Shown: piece after piece, positions 31,560 through 41,467 of the stretch
How positions within the stretch are numbered: the stretch's first letter is position 1
How the letters are laid out: each line of letters opens with the position of its first letter
Origin: Candidatus Sumerlaeaceae bacterium
GTDB lineage: Bacteria; Sumerlaeota; Sumerlaeia; Sumerlaeales; Sumerlaeaceae
Assembly (NCBI GenBank): GCA_049968255.1
Contig: JBMFRB010000003.1
Location: 192,998 to 256,997, forward strand
Direction: 5' to 3'
DNA length: 64,000 bases
Position numbers and translations under genes: made by a program
Notes under the pieces: generated by a model
Seen by the model: the letters and a program-made list of their open reading frames with translations, nothing else
Told to the model about the DNA's origin: nothing
Database searches by the model: none

Positions 31560-31904
31560 ATGCCAACGATTTTACTGCTCACGATCTCGAATATCTTTAT
31601 GACCTTTGCCTGGTATGGGCATTTGCGTTTCCGCGAGATGCCGCTGTGGCAGGTTATCCCCACGAGTTGGGGCATTGCGTTCATCGAATACCTTTTTATG
31701 GTCCCAGCGAACCGCCTAGGCGCCGAGGCCGGCTGGAGTGGCTTCCAGCTCAAAATTGTTCAGGAAGCGATCACCCTTGTCGTGTTTACGTTTTTCGCTA
31801 TATTTTACCTGGGAGAGAAACCATCGTGGAATAATCTCCTCGCTTTCGCGTGCATTTTTGCAGCGGTGGTACTCACCTTCGGCGGTCGTGTCGCGGCGCA
31901 CTGA
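31560..31904 (+). CDS. Small DMT-superfamily membrane protein (DUF486-like)
   Basis: SNIFMTFAWYGHL, SWGIAFIEY, PANR, QLKIVQE; four TM segments. Confidence 0.88.
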   Translation: MPTILLLTISNIFMTFAWYGHLRFREMPLWQVIPTSWGIAFIEYLFMVPANRLGAEAGWSGFQLKIVQEAITLVVFTFFAIFYLGEKPSWNNLLAFACIFAAVVLTFGGRVAAH

Positions 31905-31991
31905 GCTTTTGCCTGCGCGTCTCACTCATTGACAAGGGGATGGGCATCGTTTTGAGTCCTATGCGCGAACTCGATTAGCGCAGGACTCGAG

Positions 31992-34900
31992 ATGGGCATT
32001 TATTCCGAAAAGGTTATTCGCGATCTCAACGAGCAGCTCGATCCGCGGGCTGTGCTCGAACTCATCAATTATCACTCGGACAAGTTGCAAGAAAGCGGCG
32101 AGACGTTACGCGGCTTTTGTCCCATTCATCGCGAAACGGTGTTCCGGACACTCATTATTGATAAGTCCAAGCGCACGTTTCGCTGCATGTACAGCTTGTG
32201 CAAAGGCGCTGCGGGGGGCACGCTTGTCGAGCTCTACGCATTGGCGCAAGATATCCCGCTCGAAAAAGCGGTCGAGGAACTCGCAGGCCATTTCCAGATC
32301 GAAGTGCGAATGACCGCCGATCCTGAGTTTCTCGAAAAGCAGGCCGAAGTGGCGGAAAACTATCTCGAGCTCGGATTTTACGAAGACGCGGAGAAGGTCC
32401 TCCGCGAGATTGTCGAAGCAGATTCAAATTACGAACGGGCCCATCGTGGTTTGCTTGAGGTCTACAAGCATCTCGGCAACACCGAAGCTCTGGGGGAGCA
32501 TCATGGCATCCTGGCGCAGTTGCTCATCCAACGCGGTGAACGCTTAGCGGCCTATGAGCACGTCAAAGCCTGGGCCGAGTACCAGCCCGACGCACCCAAA
32601 GCGCATTATTTGTTAGCAGAATATCTTCGCGAGCAGGGCGACCTCGAAGCTGCACTCGAGGAATTCATGGCAGCGGCGGACCTCTACGCTGCGAAGGAGG
32701 ATTTTCAAGCGGCCATTGATGCGTACCGCCAAGCGGACTCCTTGCGTCTCGATGTCGTGGATGTCGTGCCCCATGTCCTGCAAATCTACGAGCAGATGGG
32801 CAAGCCCACCGAGGCCGTGGCGTTTCTCAGCGAACGTGCCGAGGCGTCGCTACTTCACGCGGATTTTGCGCGCAGCGCCCAGCTTCTGGAACAGGCACTT
32901 GAGCTCGCACCTAACGACCCTTCGCTACGCGCGCGGCTTTGCGAGATTGCCATTTTGGCCGACACGGGCGGCGACTGGTTACCACGCGTTTTCGAGTGGG
33001 CGCAGTGGTTTGTCGAGTCCGGCATGCCTGAAAAAGCCGTGCAGGTCTACGAGCGCGTGCTGGGCGCGCAACCCACAAACGAGGAAGCCGTGGAGCGGCT
33101 TCGCGCGCTTTACGCAGCAATGGGAAGGACAGAAGACGCGCTTGGGTTGCGCGTGCGCGCCGCACGCGTGGCATTAGACGCAAAAGAATTTGCGACAGCA
33201 CGCAAGGAACTCCAAGCGATCCTTGAAGAGAAACCAGATCACGCCGCTGCCCTTGAGCTGCTCGCGGAGGTGAACCTAGCGGCTGGTCACCGCAAGGAAG
33301 CTGCGGACTGCCTGGCCAGGCTGGCGCGCGTGTGTGTCGCGAACCGCGATTTTTCTAAAGCGGTTTCGCAGATGGAGCGCGTTCTTAGCCTGGTGCCGGA
33401 CGATCCCCGCTTCTTGCTCGATCGCGCGGAAATTCTGGAAAACTGGGCAAGCACAGGCAACGTCCGCGCGCGCCAGCAGGCAGTAGAGGCATTTGAAGCG
33501 CTCGGCGACCGTTATGCGCAGACAGATCCGCAAAAAGCGTGCGACATGTATCGGCGCTCCGAGGCTTGCGCTCCACCATCAGCGCAATTACTGCTGAAGC
33601 AGGCACGCTGCCAGGCAAAGCTGAGGGCTTTCGATGCGGCGCGCGAATATCTCCAGCGCGCTTGCGACGAACTTGTCGCGGTAGGACAGCCAGACGTCGC
33701 AGTCGAAGCAGCACGCGAAATCGCGGCAATGGCCCCGCACGATCATGGCCTCCAGCGTTATCTCATCGAGCTGCTTGAAGTGATCGGCCGCATTCCTGAA
33801 GCCGTCGAGGTGGCTATGCTGCAAGCGGACGCGGCCGCTCAACGAGCGGAAAAGGAGCGTGTGTTCGAGTACCTCAATTATGCACTCGCTCTGGACCCGG
33901 ATCATATACCCGCCATTGAGGCTCTTGCGCTCCACTATCACGGCACAGGCGATATCGCCAGCTACTGCGACGTCTTACTGCGTCTGGCGAATGCGAACGA
34001 GCAGCGCGGCAATATCACAGGGGCCGTGGCTGCTTTGGAACGGGTGGTGGATGAGCGTCCCGAAGATGTGATGGCGCTGGGACGTCTGGCCAATCTGCAC
34101 CTCAACCTTGGAAACGCCGCGAAGTCCCGCGCTTATCGGCTAGAATTGGCACAAATTCACCATCGGCGCGGAGCTCTGGAATCCGAGCGCGAGATACTGC
34201 GGGCGCTGCTGGAGGAGGATCCAGAGGAGGAAAATGTTCTGGCGGCCCTCATCGATTGCGAGTTTGGCCTGGGCAATCGCGAGCAAGCCTGTGCGCGTGC
34301 GGTCGAGCTGGCTCGCTTACAAATGAAGCGCGGTTTTGCAGCTCAGGCGCGTACCACGCTCGAGAAGGCGATCGCGAAAGAGCCCGATGATCTCGGCGTG
34401 AATCGCCTGCTCTTTGAACTAGTGCGCCAACTCGGCAGCGCGCAGGAAACCGTCGAACGCGGCCTCCACCTTGTCGAGCTACTTCAGCTTTACGAGCAGT
34501 TGGACGACGCAGTCGCTGTTTTCGAGCAAACGACGGAGGCTGATCCAAACAACTTCGAGTTGTTTCGCAAGTATGTCGCGTTTTTGCGCGAGATTGGGCG
34601 CACAGAGGAAACGCTTGAAAAGCTCTTTGCCATCGCGCGGCGGCTGCGTGCAAGCGGCCAATTTGAAGAAGCAGAAAAAGCACTGCTCGAGATTGAGCAG
34701 TCACGTCCGCTGGACATACCCGAGCTCGAAGAAGCTCTCTCGCTCTACGAGCAGTGGGGCAAGCCCGAGCAGTTTGCACAGCGTGCCATTGAGTTAGCGC
34801 GCACCTATGAAACGAGTGGCCAGGACAAAAAGACGTTGACTCTTCTGCGGCGCGCACTCAAGGTGACGAATGGTCATCCGGAGGTGCGACGCGAACTTGC

Positions 34901-37900
34901 GGAAGCTTATGCGCGGCAGGGGCGTCCGGCTGATGCGGTGCGCGAGCTTGTGCAACTGGCCGACGCCTTTGTTGGGGCTGGCAAGCGCGACGACGAACTT
35001 GAAACACTACGGCGCGCTGTGGCACTGGTGCCGACGGAACGCCAAGTGCGGTTGCGCCTAGTGAATGCTCTCATTGAGAGAGGCGATCGTGAAGCGGCGG
35101 TCCTCCAGCTCGAGGATCTCGCAGCCGCACTCATGACGAGCAAAGACTATGAGAACGCGCTCGAAGTTCTCAACCGGATCATCGAAGAATTTCCCTCGCG
35201 CCTTGGCGCACGACGCATGCGGGCAGAGGTCTACTCCGCATTGGGCCAGAACAAGGCTGCGCAAGAGGATCTCAATGTCTTTTATGTGAAAAGTTTGCTC
35301 CGCCAGGCGGATGACTATCACACGAAAAACGATTTCACACGCGAGGCTGCTACCCTTCGCGAGGCTCTAAATATTATTCCATCAGACGAAGAACTCCTGC
35401 GTCGCATTCGCTCAGTAGAGTTTGAGGCGGGCGAACTCGATCGGGCGTGCTCAACGACGCTCGAATTAGCTAAGCTTTTGACCTGTCAGAATCGTCCCGA
35501 TGATGCGCTGGAACTGCTGCGCGAAACGCACACGCGGGTGCCAGACAACCTTGTCGTTGCTGAGCAGTTGTTCGAAACGCTTGCAGCGAGGCGTTTGAAC
35601 GAGGAAGCCGCGATGCTGGGAGAGACGCTTGCCGAACTCTACCGTGCCGCTGGCGAGAGCGGCAAAGCCCTCGCTGCGTTCAGTAGGGCTGTGGATCTTG
35701 CCTCGGATAGCGAGCAGGCGCGCCTGCGCTTCGCCCAGTTCCTCGAGCGCGCCGGTGAAACCGCCCAAGCGGTGGCGACATATTTGGCCTTGGCACGGCA
35801 AGCCATTGAACGAAGCGATTTGAGTTTGGCTCAAGTGCACTACGAGCAAGCTTTGCGTATCGACCCATCGTGCGTGCCTGCGCATGAGGGAATGGCCGAA
35901 GTGGCGGCACGTCGCGGCAATCACCCAGAGCAAGCGGTGTGGCTACAAAAACTTGCCGAGATTTGGGTCGGCCAAAAGGCCACCGAAGAAGCCATCGACG
36001 CTTTGCGTCGCGCAATTTACGCAGACCCCAGGCGAATAGATCTGCGGCAGCATCTCATTGAGCTGCTGGAGAAAGCACAACGGCCAGCCGATGCTGTGGC
36101 AGAGCTTCATGCGCTGGCCGATGTGCTGACACAGGAAGGCCGCCAGGCCGAAGCGCTCGCGGCCGAAGAACGAGCTGTAGCCTTGTGCCCAAAAGATCCG
36201 AAGTCGGCTCGGCGTCTGGCGGAAATGCTTATCATGCTCAACGAAGTCGAGCGTGGTGTGAATGAGTTCGAACGGCTCAGCGGCCTGTATGCGGAGCTCG
36301 GCGAGTATCCGCAGGCGCTAGCTGTGCTCGAGGAAGCACAAACGCTTGCGCCGGCCCGCCTAAGCGTGCGCCGATTGAAAGCCGAGATCTACGAGCGTAT
36401 GGGCGAGACCGCCCAGGCTGAAGAGGAACGTCGCCAGTTCGAAGTGGCCAAATCGCTGCAGGAGGCAGAAGTCGCTCGCGAGCGCAACGACTTCAAAGCT
36501 GAGAAGCGGGCGCTGCGCAAGGCACTCGAGGTGGCCCCTCAGGATGAAGGCGTGTGGCTTTTGCTCATTCGTTGTCATCGCGACCTCGGGGATACTCAGG
36601 CCGAGGTGGATGCGTATCTAAAATTGGCGGAAGTGCAGCGTGAGAAACACGGGCTCGAGAAGGCTATGGCCACACTCGAACAGGCGTATGCCCAACAGCC
36701 GAATGAAGAGCGCCTTGTGCAGCGCCTGTTCGAGTTAGCGCGCGAGCGTCGCGACGACGTCGCCGTGCGCCGATATGGCGAGCGCCTCATCGAGCTAGCA
36801 CAGAACAGGACGGACGCAGTCGAGCGCACCATCACGGTGTACGATGAGCTTCTGAGTTACGCTCCGCTGGATGCTGATCTCTATTTGGAAGCGGCTGATC
36901 ATTGTGCTCGTGTGGCGCGTCCGGCCGAAGCGCTAGAGCGACTTCATCGGGGCGCGGACCTGTTCGCAGAGGCTGAGCGTTGGGCTGATGCCGAGCGGCT
37001 TCTGCTGCGCACCCTCGAGATGAACCCCAAATCCACCGAAAGCCTTGCGCGATTGGTGCGTCTTTATGAGCGCGTGGGACGTACGGATGAATTCGAGCGG
37101 CGGTTACTGGAACTGGCCAAAGCTTACGACGAAAACGGCGAGCGTCCCCATGCCATCGAGACCGTGCGCCGCCTCACACTCGTCTCTCCAGACAATGTCG
37201 AGGCGCGCCGGTACTTGGTACGTTTACTCGCTGCTGCGGAACAAAAACATGCAGCCATCGAGGAACAGCTCGCGCTAGTTTTCCTTCTTCGCCAGCAGGG
37301 AGCGCTTTCGGACGCCGTGGAGGCAGCACGCGATGCCGTGGCTATGAGCGAAGGCAGCGACCGTGCAAGGCGAGCTCTGGCCGAGTGCTTGTTGGCCGCT
37401 GGAAATACCGATGCAGCAAACGCAGAACTGGAGGATCTCGCAAAATCATGCGTCGAGCGAGGTGACCTGCAGGAGGCGTTGCAAGTGCTCGACGAAATCA
37501 TTGAGCGCACCCCCCAGCGCATGAGCACTCGTGTCCTGCGTGCCGAAGTTTACGTGAAGCTCGGTCAGGCCGAACGGGCGCTCGAAGAGTATCGTCAGAT
37601 ATCAACCGCAGTAGCGGCTGGAGCCATGACCTCAGTGGCCGCACCGAGTGCACCCGCCATGCCCTCGCTGCAGATTGTGTCCGAATACGATTTCGAGCAT
37701 TTCGTTGTGGGGGCTAACAATAATTTCGCCTATGCGACCGCCCTTGCCGTGGCACGTGCCCCAGCGCAAGCCTATAATCCGCTGTTCATTTATAGCGATG
37801 TGGGACTCGGCAAAACGCATCTTGTGAACGCCATCGCCAACCACATTCTTCGCGAGAACCCAAACGTCCGCATCATCTACACAAATTCGGAGGACTTTAC

Positions 37901-38450
37901 GGCTGAAGTCGTCGAGGCTATCCAGACCAACACAATCAACCAATTCCGCGCGAAGTACAAATCCGTGGATCTCCTGATTGTGGACGACGTCCAGTTCCTT
38001 GCGGGCAAGGAACGCGCGCAGGAAGAATTCTTTCACATCTTCAATGCACTCTTCCAAGCAAAAAAACAAATCGTCATCACAAGCGATCGGCCGCCGAAGG
38101 ACATAGCAAGGCTCGAAAACAGGTTACTTTCGCGCTTTGGCGCTGGGGTGATTGTGGACATTGCCCCGCCTGATCTCGAAACGCGCATCGCCATTCTCAA
38201 CCGAGAAATTGAGCGCGGCGAAGTTGATATTCCCGACGCGGTCGTCCAACTCATCGCCGAAACCATTGATACCAATGTGCGCGAGCTCAAAGGCGCGTTG
38301 AACCAAGTCATGGCGATGCACACGATCCAAGGCAAAGAGATCAACACAGCAAACGTTCGGCAGATGTTGGAGTCACTTTACGCGCGTCCAACTGCCGTGG
38401 AGAAGCAGCCTCCGCAAGAATCGGCGAAAGATAAAAAGAAAAAAAGTTAG
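31992..38450 (+). CDS. Giant fusion protein: CHC2 zinc-binding domain (DnaG-type) + TPR-like solenoid + DnaA-type AAA+ domain without domain IV
   Basis: One uninterrupted 2152-aa ORF with an AGGA RBS. aa ~1-105: GFCPIH...FRCMYSLC..GG...AVEELA. aa ~110-1875: helical repeats. aa ~1899-2130: YDFEHFVVG.NN..A, YNPLFIYSDVGLGKTHL, DLLIVDDVQF, QEEFFHIFN, SDRPP, RLLSRF, PDLETRIAIL, NVRELKGAL. Confidence 0.93.
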   Translation: MGIYSEKVIRDLNEQLDPRAVLELINYHSDKLQESGETLRGFCPIHRETVFRTLIIDKSKRTFRCMYSLCKGAAGGTLVELYALAQDIPLEKAVEELAGHFQIEVRMTADPEFLEKQAEVAENYLELGFYEDAEKVLREIVEADSNYERAHRGLLEVYKHLGNTEALGEHHGILAQLLIQRGERLAAYEHVKAWAEYQPDAPKAHYLLAEYLREQGDLEAALEEFMAAADLYAAKEDFQAAIDAYRQADSLRLDVVDVVPHVLQIYEQMGKPTEAVAFLSERAEASLLHADFARSAQLLEQALELAPNDPSLRARLCEIAILADTGGDWLPRVFEWAQWFVESGMPEKAVQVYERVLGAQPTNEEAVERLRALYAAMGRTEDALGLRVRAARVALDAKEFATARKELQAILEEKPDHAAALELLAEVNLAAGHRKEAADCLARLARVCVANRDFSKAVSQMERVLSLVPDDPRFLLDRAEILENWASTGNVRARQQAVEAFEALGDRYAQTDPQKACDMYRRSEACAPPSAQLLLKQARCQAKLRAFDAAREYLQRACDELVAVGQPDVAVEAAREIAAMAPHDHGLQRYLIELLEVIGRIPEAVEVAMLQADAAAQRAEKERVFEYLNYALALDPDHIPAIEALALHYHGTGDIASYCDVLLRLANANEQRGNITGAVAALERVVDERPEDVMALGRLANLHLNLGNAAKSRAYRLELAQIHHRRGALESEREILRALLEEDPEEENVLAALIDCEFGLGNREQACARAVELARLQMKRGFAAQARTTLEKAIAKEPDDLGVNRLLFELVRQLGSAQETVERGLHLVELLQLYEQLDDAVAVFEQTTEADPNNFELFRKYVAFLREIGRTEETLEKLFAIARRLRASGQFEEAEKALLEIEQSRPLDIPELEEALSLYEQWGKPEQFAQRAIELARTYETSGQDKKTLTLLRRALKVTNGHPEVRRELAEAYARQGRPADAVRELVQLADAFVGAGKRDDELETLRRAVALVPTERQVRLRLVNALIERGDREAAVLQLEDLAAALMTSKDYENALEVLNRIIEEFPSRLGARRMRAEVYSALGQNKAAQEDLNVFYVKSLLRQADDYHTKNDFTREAATLREALNIIPSDEELLRRIRSVEFEAGELDRACSTTLELAKLLTCQNRPDDALELLRETHTRVPDNLVVAEQLFETLAARRLNEEAAMLGETLAELYRAAGESGKALAAFSRAVDLASDSEQARLRFAQFLERAGETAQAVATYLALARQAIERSDLSLAQVHYEQALRIDPSCVPAHEGMAEVAARRGNHPEQAVWLQKLAEIWVGQKATEEAIDALRRAIYADPRRIDLRQHLIELLEKAQRPADAVAELHALADVLTQEGRQAEALAAEERAVALCPKDPKSARRLAEMLIMLNEVERGVNEFERLSGLYAELGEYPQALAVLEEAQTLAPARLSVRRLKAEIYERMGETAQAEEERRQFEVAKSLQEAEVARERNDFKAEKRALRKALEVAPQDEGVWLLLIRCHRDLGDTQAEVDAYLKLAEVQREKHGLEKAMATLEQAYAQQPNEERLVQRLFELARERRDDVAVRRYGERLIELAQNRTDAVERTITVYDELLSYAPLDADLYLEAADHCARVARPAEALERLHRGADLFAEAERWADAERLLLRTLEMNPKSTESLARLVRLYERVGRTDEFERRLLELAKAYDENGERPHAIETVRRLTLVSPDNVEARRYLVRLLAAAEQKHAAIEEQLALVFLLRQQGALSDAVEAARDAVAMSEGSDRARRALAECLLAAGNTDAANAELEDLAKSCVERGDLQEALQVLDEIIERTPQRMSTRVLRAEVYVKLGQAERALEEYRQISTAVAAGAMTSVAAPSAPAMPSLQIVSEYDFEHFVVGANNNFAYATALAVARAPAQAYNPLFIYSDVGLGKTHLVNAIANHILRENPNVRIIYTNSEDFTAEVVEAIQTNTINQFRAKYKSVDLLIVDDVQFLAGKERAQEEFFHIFNALFQAKKQIVITSDRPPKDIARLENRLLSRFGAGVIVDIAPPDLETRIAILNREIERGEVDIPDAVVQLIAETIDTNVRELKGALNQVMAMHTIQGKEINTANVRQMLESLYARPTAVEKQPPQESAKDKKKKS
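34135..37610 (+). repeat. Intragenic protein-level super-repeat: three copies of ~386 aa, each made of six 54-aa units plus one ~62-aa unit (boundaries approximate)
   Basis: Turn positions at aa 744, 798, 852, 906, 960 (Asn), 1014 and 1068 are spaced 54 apart. Equivalent positions recur at 744/1130/1516 and 1068/1454/1841. Confidence 0.8.
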
Positions 38451-38495
38451 TAGCTCACTCTGAGGGCAAGCCAGTTGGCGGTGGTCCAATAAGGA

Positions 38496-39617
38496 CTAAA
38501 GAGTGCGCTCCTGGGCCAAGGGCAGTTCACGGCTTTTGCGATAGCCTGCCAACGCTTCCGGATACTGAAGCGTCGTCATCGTTTCGCACGAAAGACGGCA
38601 GATGCGACATGATTTCGCTTTGCGCAGGACGGCCTGTGCTTGCGGCGAGGCCAGAAGCTCACTGAAAGAGTAATCGTAGTCGCGGAGATTGCCCATAAGG
38701 AAATCGCTTGGGCAGCCGCCGTTGGGGTAGACGTTGCAATTGTCCTCGATGAGGATTATTGTGCGTCCGGCCCAGCAATCGAAATCACGCGGTCGATCGA
38801 GAAGTTGGTCAACGATTTCCCGCGTCTGAAGCGAATCGTCCTCCGCTAAAATTCTCGAGAAATGATCGAGGTAACGCTCGCGCACATCTTCCGGCAGCGA
38901 GACATTGTCCTCGTCTTCATTAAAGTAGAGCTCGCCCTGAACGCAGTAAATCGGATTGAACGCAATTTTGTTCTGGCGGCAATAGTGAAATAGTTTCAAG
39001 CAGTCGTCGAAGTTGAACGGCGTCATCACGTAATTGATTTCGAGTTTGAGCAGGGGATAGGCCGCGCGCATGGCGGCGATCGCCTCGACAGTGGCGAAGG
39101 TGTGCTGAAAAACCCGCTTCAGTCCGCGCACGCGATCATGGCTTTCGCCCATGCCATCGAGCGAGATCATGACCGTCAATCGTGGGTGGAATTTGAGGAT
39201 CTCCTCGACGTAGCCGACGATTTTCGCTGTCGAAAAACCGTTCGAGTTAAAACTCATGTTCATGTCGGGAAAATGCTTGTGCAGCACATGCCAAATCTCA
39301 ACGAAATCACGTCGCAGCGTAGGTTCTCCGCCCGTCAACGAAATGTGGCGCAAGTCCCGGAGGAAGGATTTGTTGCGCTCGAAAATTGTGTCGAGCTCCT
39401 CGACGCGAATTTCGTGAGGCAGCGCCGGCGCTGTGTTATCCTCCTGTTTCCAGATATTGCACATGATGCAGCGGGCGTTGCAGCGGTTCGTCAGGCCAAT
39501 GCGCAACTTGAGCGGACGAACAACACCCGCCCAGTCGGCGAAGTGAAATCGCGCGGTCCGCAAAGCGGCTTTCACATAAGCGAGAGGATCTGGTTTTTGT
39601 CTCAACGTATTGCGCAT
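38496..39617 (-). CDS. Radical SAM protein with SPASM/twitch-like C-terminus
   Basis: CNARCIMC, LTGGEP, ISLDG..HD.VRG, CWAG...VYP..GC...GNL...CRICRLSC. Confidence 0.9.
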   Translation of the reverse strand: MRNTLRQKPDPLAYVKAALRTARFHFADWAGVVRPLKLRIGLTNRCNARCIMCNIWKQEDNTAPALPHEIRVEELDTIFERNKSFLRDLRHISLTGGEPTLRRDFVEIWHVLHKHFPDMNMSFNSNGFSTAKIVGYVEEILKFHPRLTVMISLDGMGESHDRVRGLKRVFQHTFATVEAIAAMRAAYPLLKLEINYVMTPFNFDDCLKLFHYCRQNKIAFNPIYCVQGELYFNEDEDNVSLPEDVRERYLDHFSRILAEDDSLQTREIVDQLLDRPRDFDCWAGRTIILIEDNCNVYPNGGCPSDFLMGNLRDYDYSFSELLASPQAQAVLRKAKSCRICRLSCETMTTLQYPEALAGYRKSRELPLAQERTL

Positions 39618-39661
39618 CGGTCGCTTTTCTCGCTGTCTCGAAAGAGTATCCCCATGGTACG

Positions 39662-41467
39662 CTATTTGTTCGCTGGCAGGACCCTCTCGCTGCCCACGCG
39701 CGGCGCACTCGTAAGAGAATCTTCGGGTGGCTTAAAGATGTAAATCTTGGGACCAGCGCGTCGCCAAGGCTTGGGCGCAAATTCAGCGAGCAGCGGCAGC
39801 GTTTTGATCTCGCGCAGAAATTTCACTGTCTCCGATGCCTCGGGTGGGTCTAGCTCAAGGTAAAGCAACGTTTGCTCGGGCACGATGACCGCCGAGTATT
39901 TGCCAGCATAGTCGCGCAACGATAACGAAAATGGCTGAGGCAGGAACTGACGCGTGCCATCGCTCAGACGATGAAAATGCCATTTGACGTCGAGAAAATC
40001 GGCATCGAACTGCGGTCTGGTCTCAAACGCGGCGTACTTCATGGCACGCTCGAAGTAGCCACCCTCGCGGCCGTGACGTCGCGCCTCTTGCAGAAGATTC
40101 GCGAATGTGCGGGGCGTGAAGGCAAGCGTCGGGTAGTAACGATAATAAAACGGCGAGACGATGAGCAAAGGCTTATCGGTAAAACGCGAGCCCGACGCCG
40201 CCTGTTGCTCGATCCAACGCGCAGCCGCAATCCGTGTGTCGCCCCCAAGATATTCGGCGGTCCGTCGTGCAACACGCACAAAATTCTGCACGAGTCCCAC
40301 GGCGAGAAAGAATAAAATCGCCAAGCGGACCAACCGCTTCTGCTGCTCGTGGGCGCGCACGGTCATTTCGTGGCCCAGCATCCACGCGGTAATCGGGGTG
40401 ACCAGAATGGCGTATTGATAATCCAGGTGGCCAGCTAGCAGAAGGGTTGCCAGATAGAGGGCAACAGGAAGTGCAATCAACGCGCGCAGGCGGCGCGCCC
40501 GCTCAAGAAAAAGCCCAGCGCCAAGCAGCACGCTTACCCAAGCCAAGCCAAGCTCGGCATCCCAGATCTGCGTGAAAAAGCGCCAACCGTATTTGTCGGC
40601 ATAGTAAAGCGAAGCCAAGCCGTGACCCACTTCGCTGACGATGTCCGACGAAAGCGTGGCACGGAAGAAGCGTACCGGCTCAAGAATGACCGCAGGTGTG
40701 CCGATCACAAATCCCGCTGCGAGCGCAAGCAGGCCAGAGAAGCTCATGTGCCGAAGCACCTTGCGGTCACCGGCTGCTGCGTCCCGATAGCTCAATTCCC
40801 ACGCAAGCAAAGGAAAGAGCGCTACCCAAAAGCAGTTGTACTTCGTCGAGACGGCAAGCCCTGCAGCGAAGGCCGAACCTCTTAGCCACCGCGCGACGCG
40901 GTGCCACTGCGCTTTTCTGGCCGCAACCAGCAGTTCTAGCGCTGCAGCAAACGCCACAAAGCTCCAGAATTGCGCTACAACATCTTCCTTAGCGATGTGA
41001 CTGTACTTCACAGAGCTCGAGGCGAACGCCACGAGCGCAATCGCAACCAACTGGGCCCCTAGTCCCTGACGCCGCAAACTCCATAGCAGGAAACTCAGCA
41101 AGCCGACTGCAAACCCCGCCGTCATAAAGCGGGCCGTTGCATAGAAGAGAAACGGCGCAAGAAAGAAGCGCCGTTCAAAATCTTCGCGCGTTGTGCCCAG
41201 AAAAAGGTGCTCAACGGCGTACTGCGCACCGTAGGCTGTGGCGAGAATTTCGGCGTAATGTGTGGGCTTGTTGGCGTGGATAGGCAACAAATCGCCCGTC
41301 GCAAATTTCAGAGCGCGCGACACGGCGTCAATTTCATCCGAGGAAAAAAGTCCCCCGCTTGGCGCATCGTATGCAACGGGAACAATGCGGAAAAGCGTTG
41401 CGAAGAATAACAGTGCCAGAAGGACACGCCGAATCCTCAGCAAAGTTTTTTGACCGCGCTCATTCAT
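39662..41467 (-). CDS. GT-C fold membrane glycosyltransferase (ArnT/PMT, family 39-like)
   Basis: DE dipeptide after TM1 (SSDE), SHIAKED, GLAVSTKY, about 10-12 TM segments, soluble C-terminus. Confidence 0.8.
   Translation of the reverse strand: MNERGQKTLLRIRRVLLALLFFATLFRIVPVAYDAPSGGLFSSDEIDAVSRALKFATGDLLPIHANKPTHYAEILATAYGAQYAVEHLFLGTTREDFERRFFLAPFLFYATARFMTAGFAVGLLSFLLWSLRRQGLGAQLVAIALVAFASSSVKYSHIAKEDVVAQFWSFVAFAAALELLVAARKAQWHRVARWLRGSAFAAGLAVSTKYNCFWVALFPLLAWELSYRDAAAGDRKVLRHMSFSGLLALAAGFVIGTPAVILEPVRFFRATLSSDIVSEVGHGLASLYYADKYGWRFFTQIWDAELGLAWVSVLLGAGLFLERARRLRALIALPVALYLATLLLAGHLDYQYAILVTPITAWMLGHEMTVRAHEQQKRLVRLAILFFLAVGLVQNFVRVARRTAEYLGGDTRIAAARWIEQQAASGSRFTDKPLLIVSPFYYRYYPTLAFTPRTFANLLQEARRHGREGGYFERAMKYAAFETRPQFDADFLDVKWHFHRLSDGTRQFLPQPFSLSLRDYAGKYSAVIVPEQTLLYLELDPPEASETVKFLREIKTLPLLAEFAPKPWRRAGPKIYIFKPPEDSLTSAPRVGSERVLPANK

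Noticed and set aside
31992-32310. Calling the N-terminus a dnaG primase gene or pseudogene
   Set aside because: Only the zinc-binding domain is present, and it runs in frame into the repeats; no TOPRIM motifs.
31992-38450. Calling the giant ORF the chromosomal initiator dnaA, or placing oriC nearby
   Set aside because: No domain I or IV, no dnaN/recF/gyrB neighbours, short flanking intergenic regions, and no DnaA-box cluster seen.
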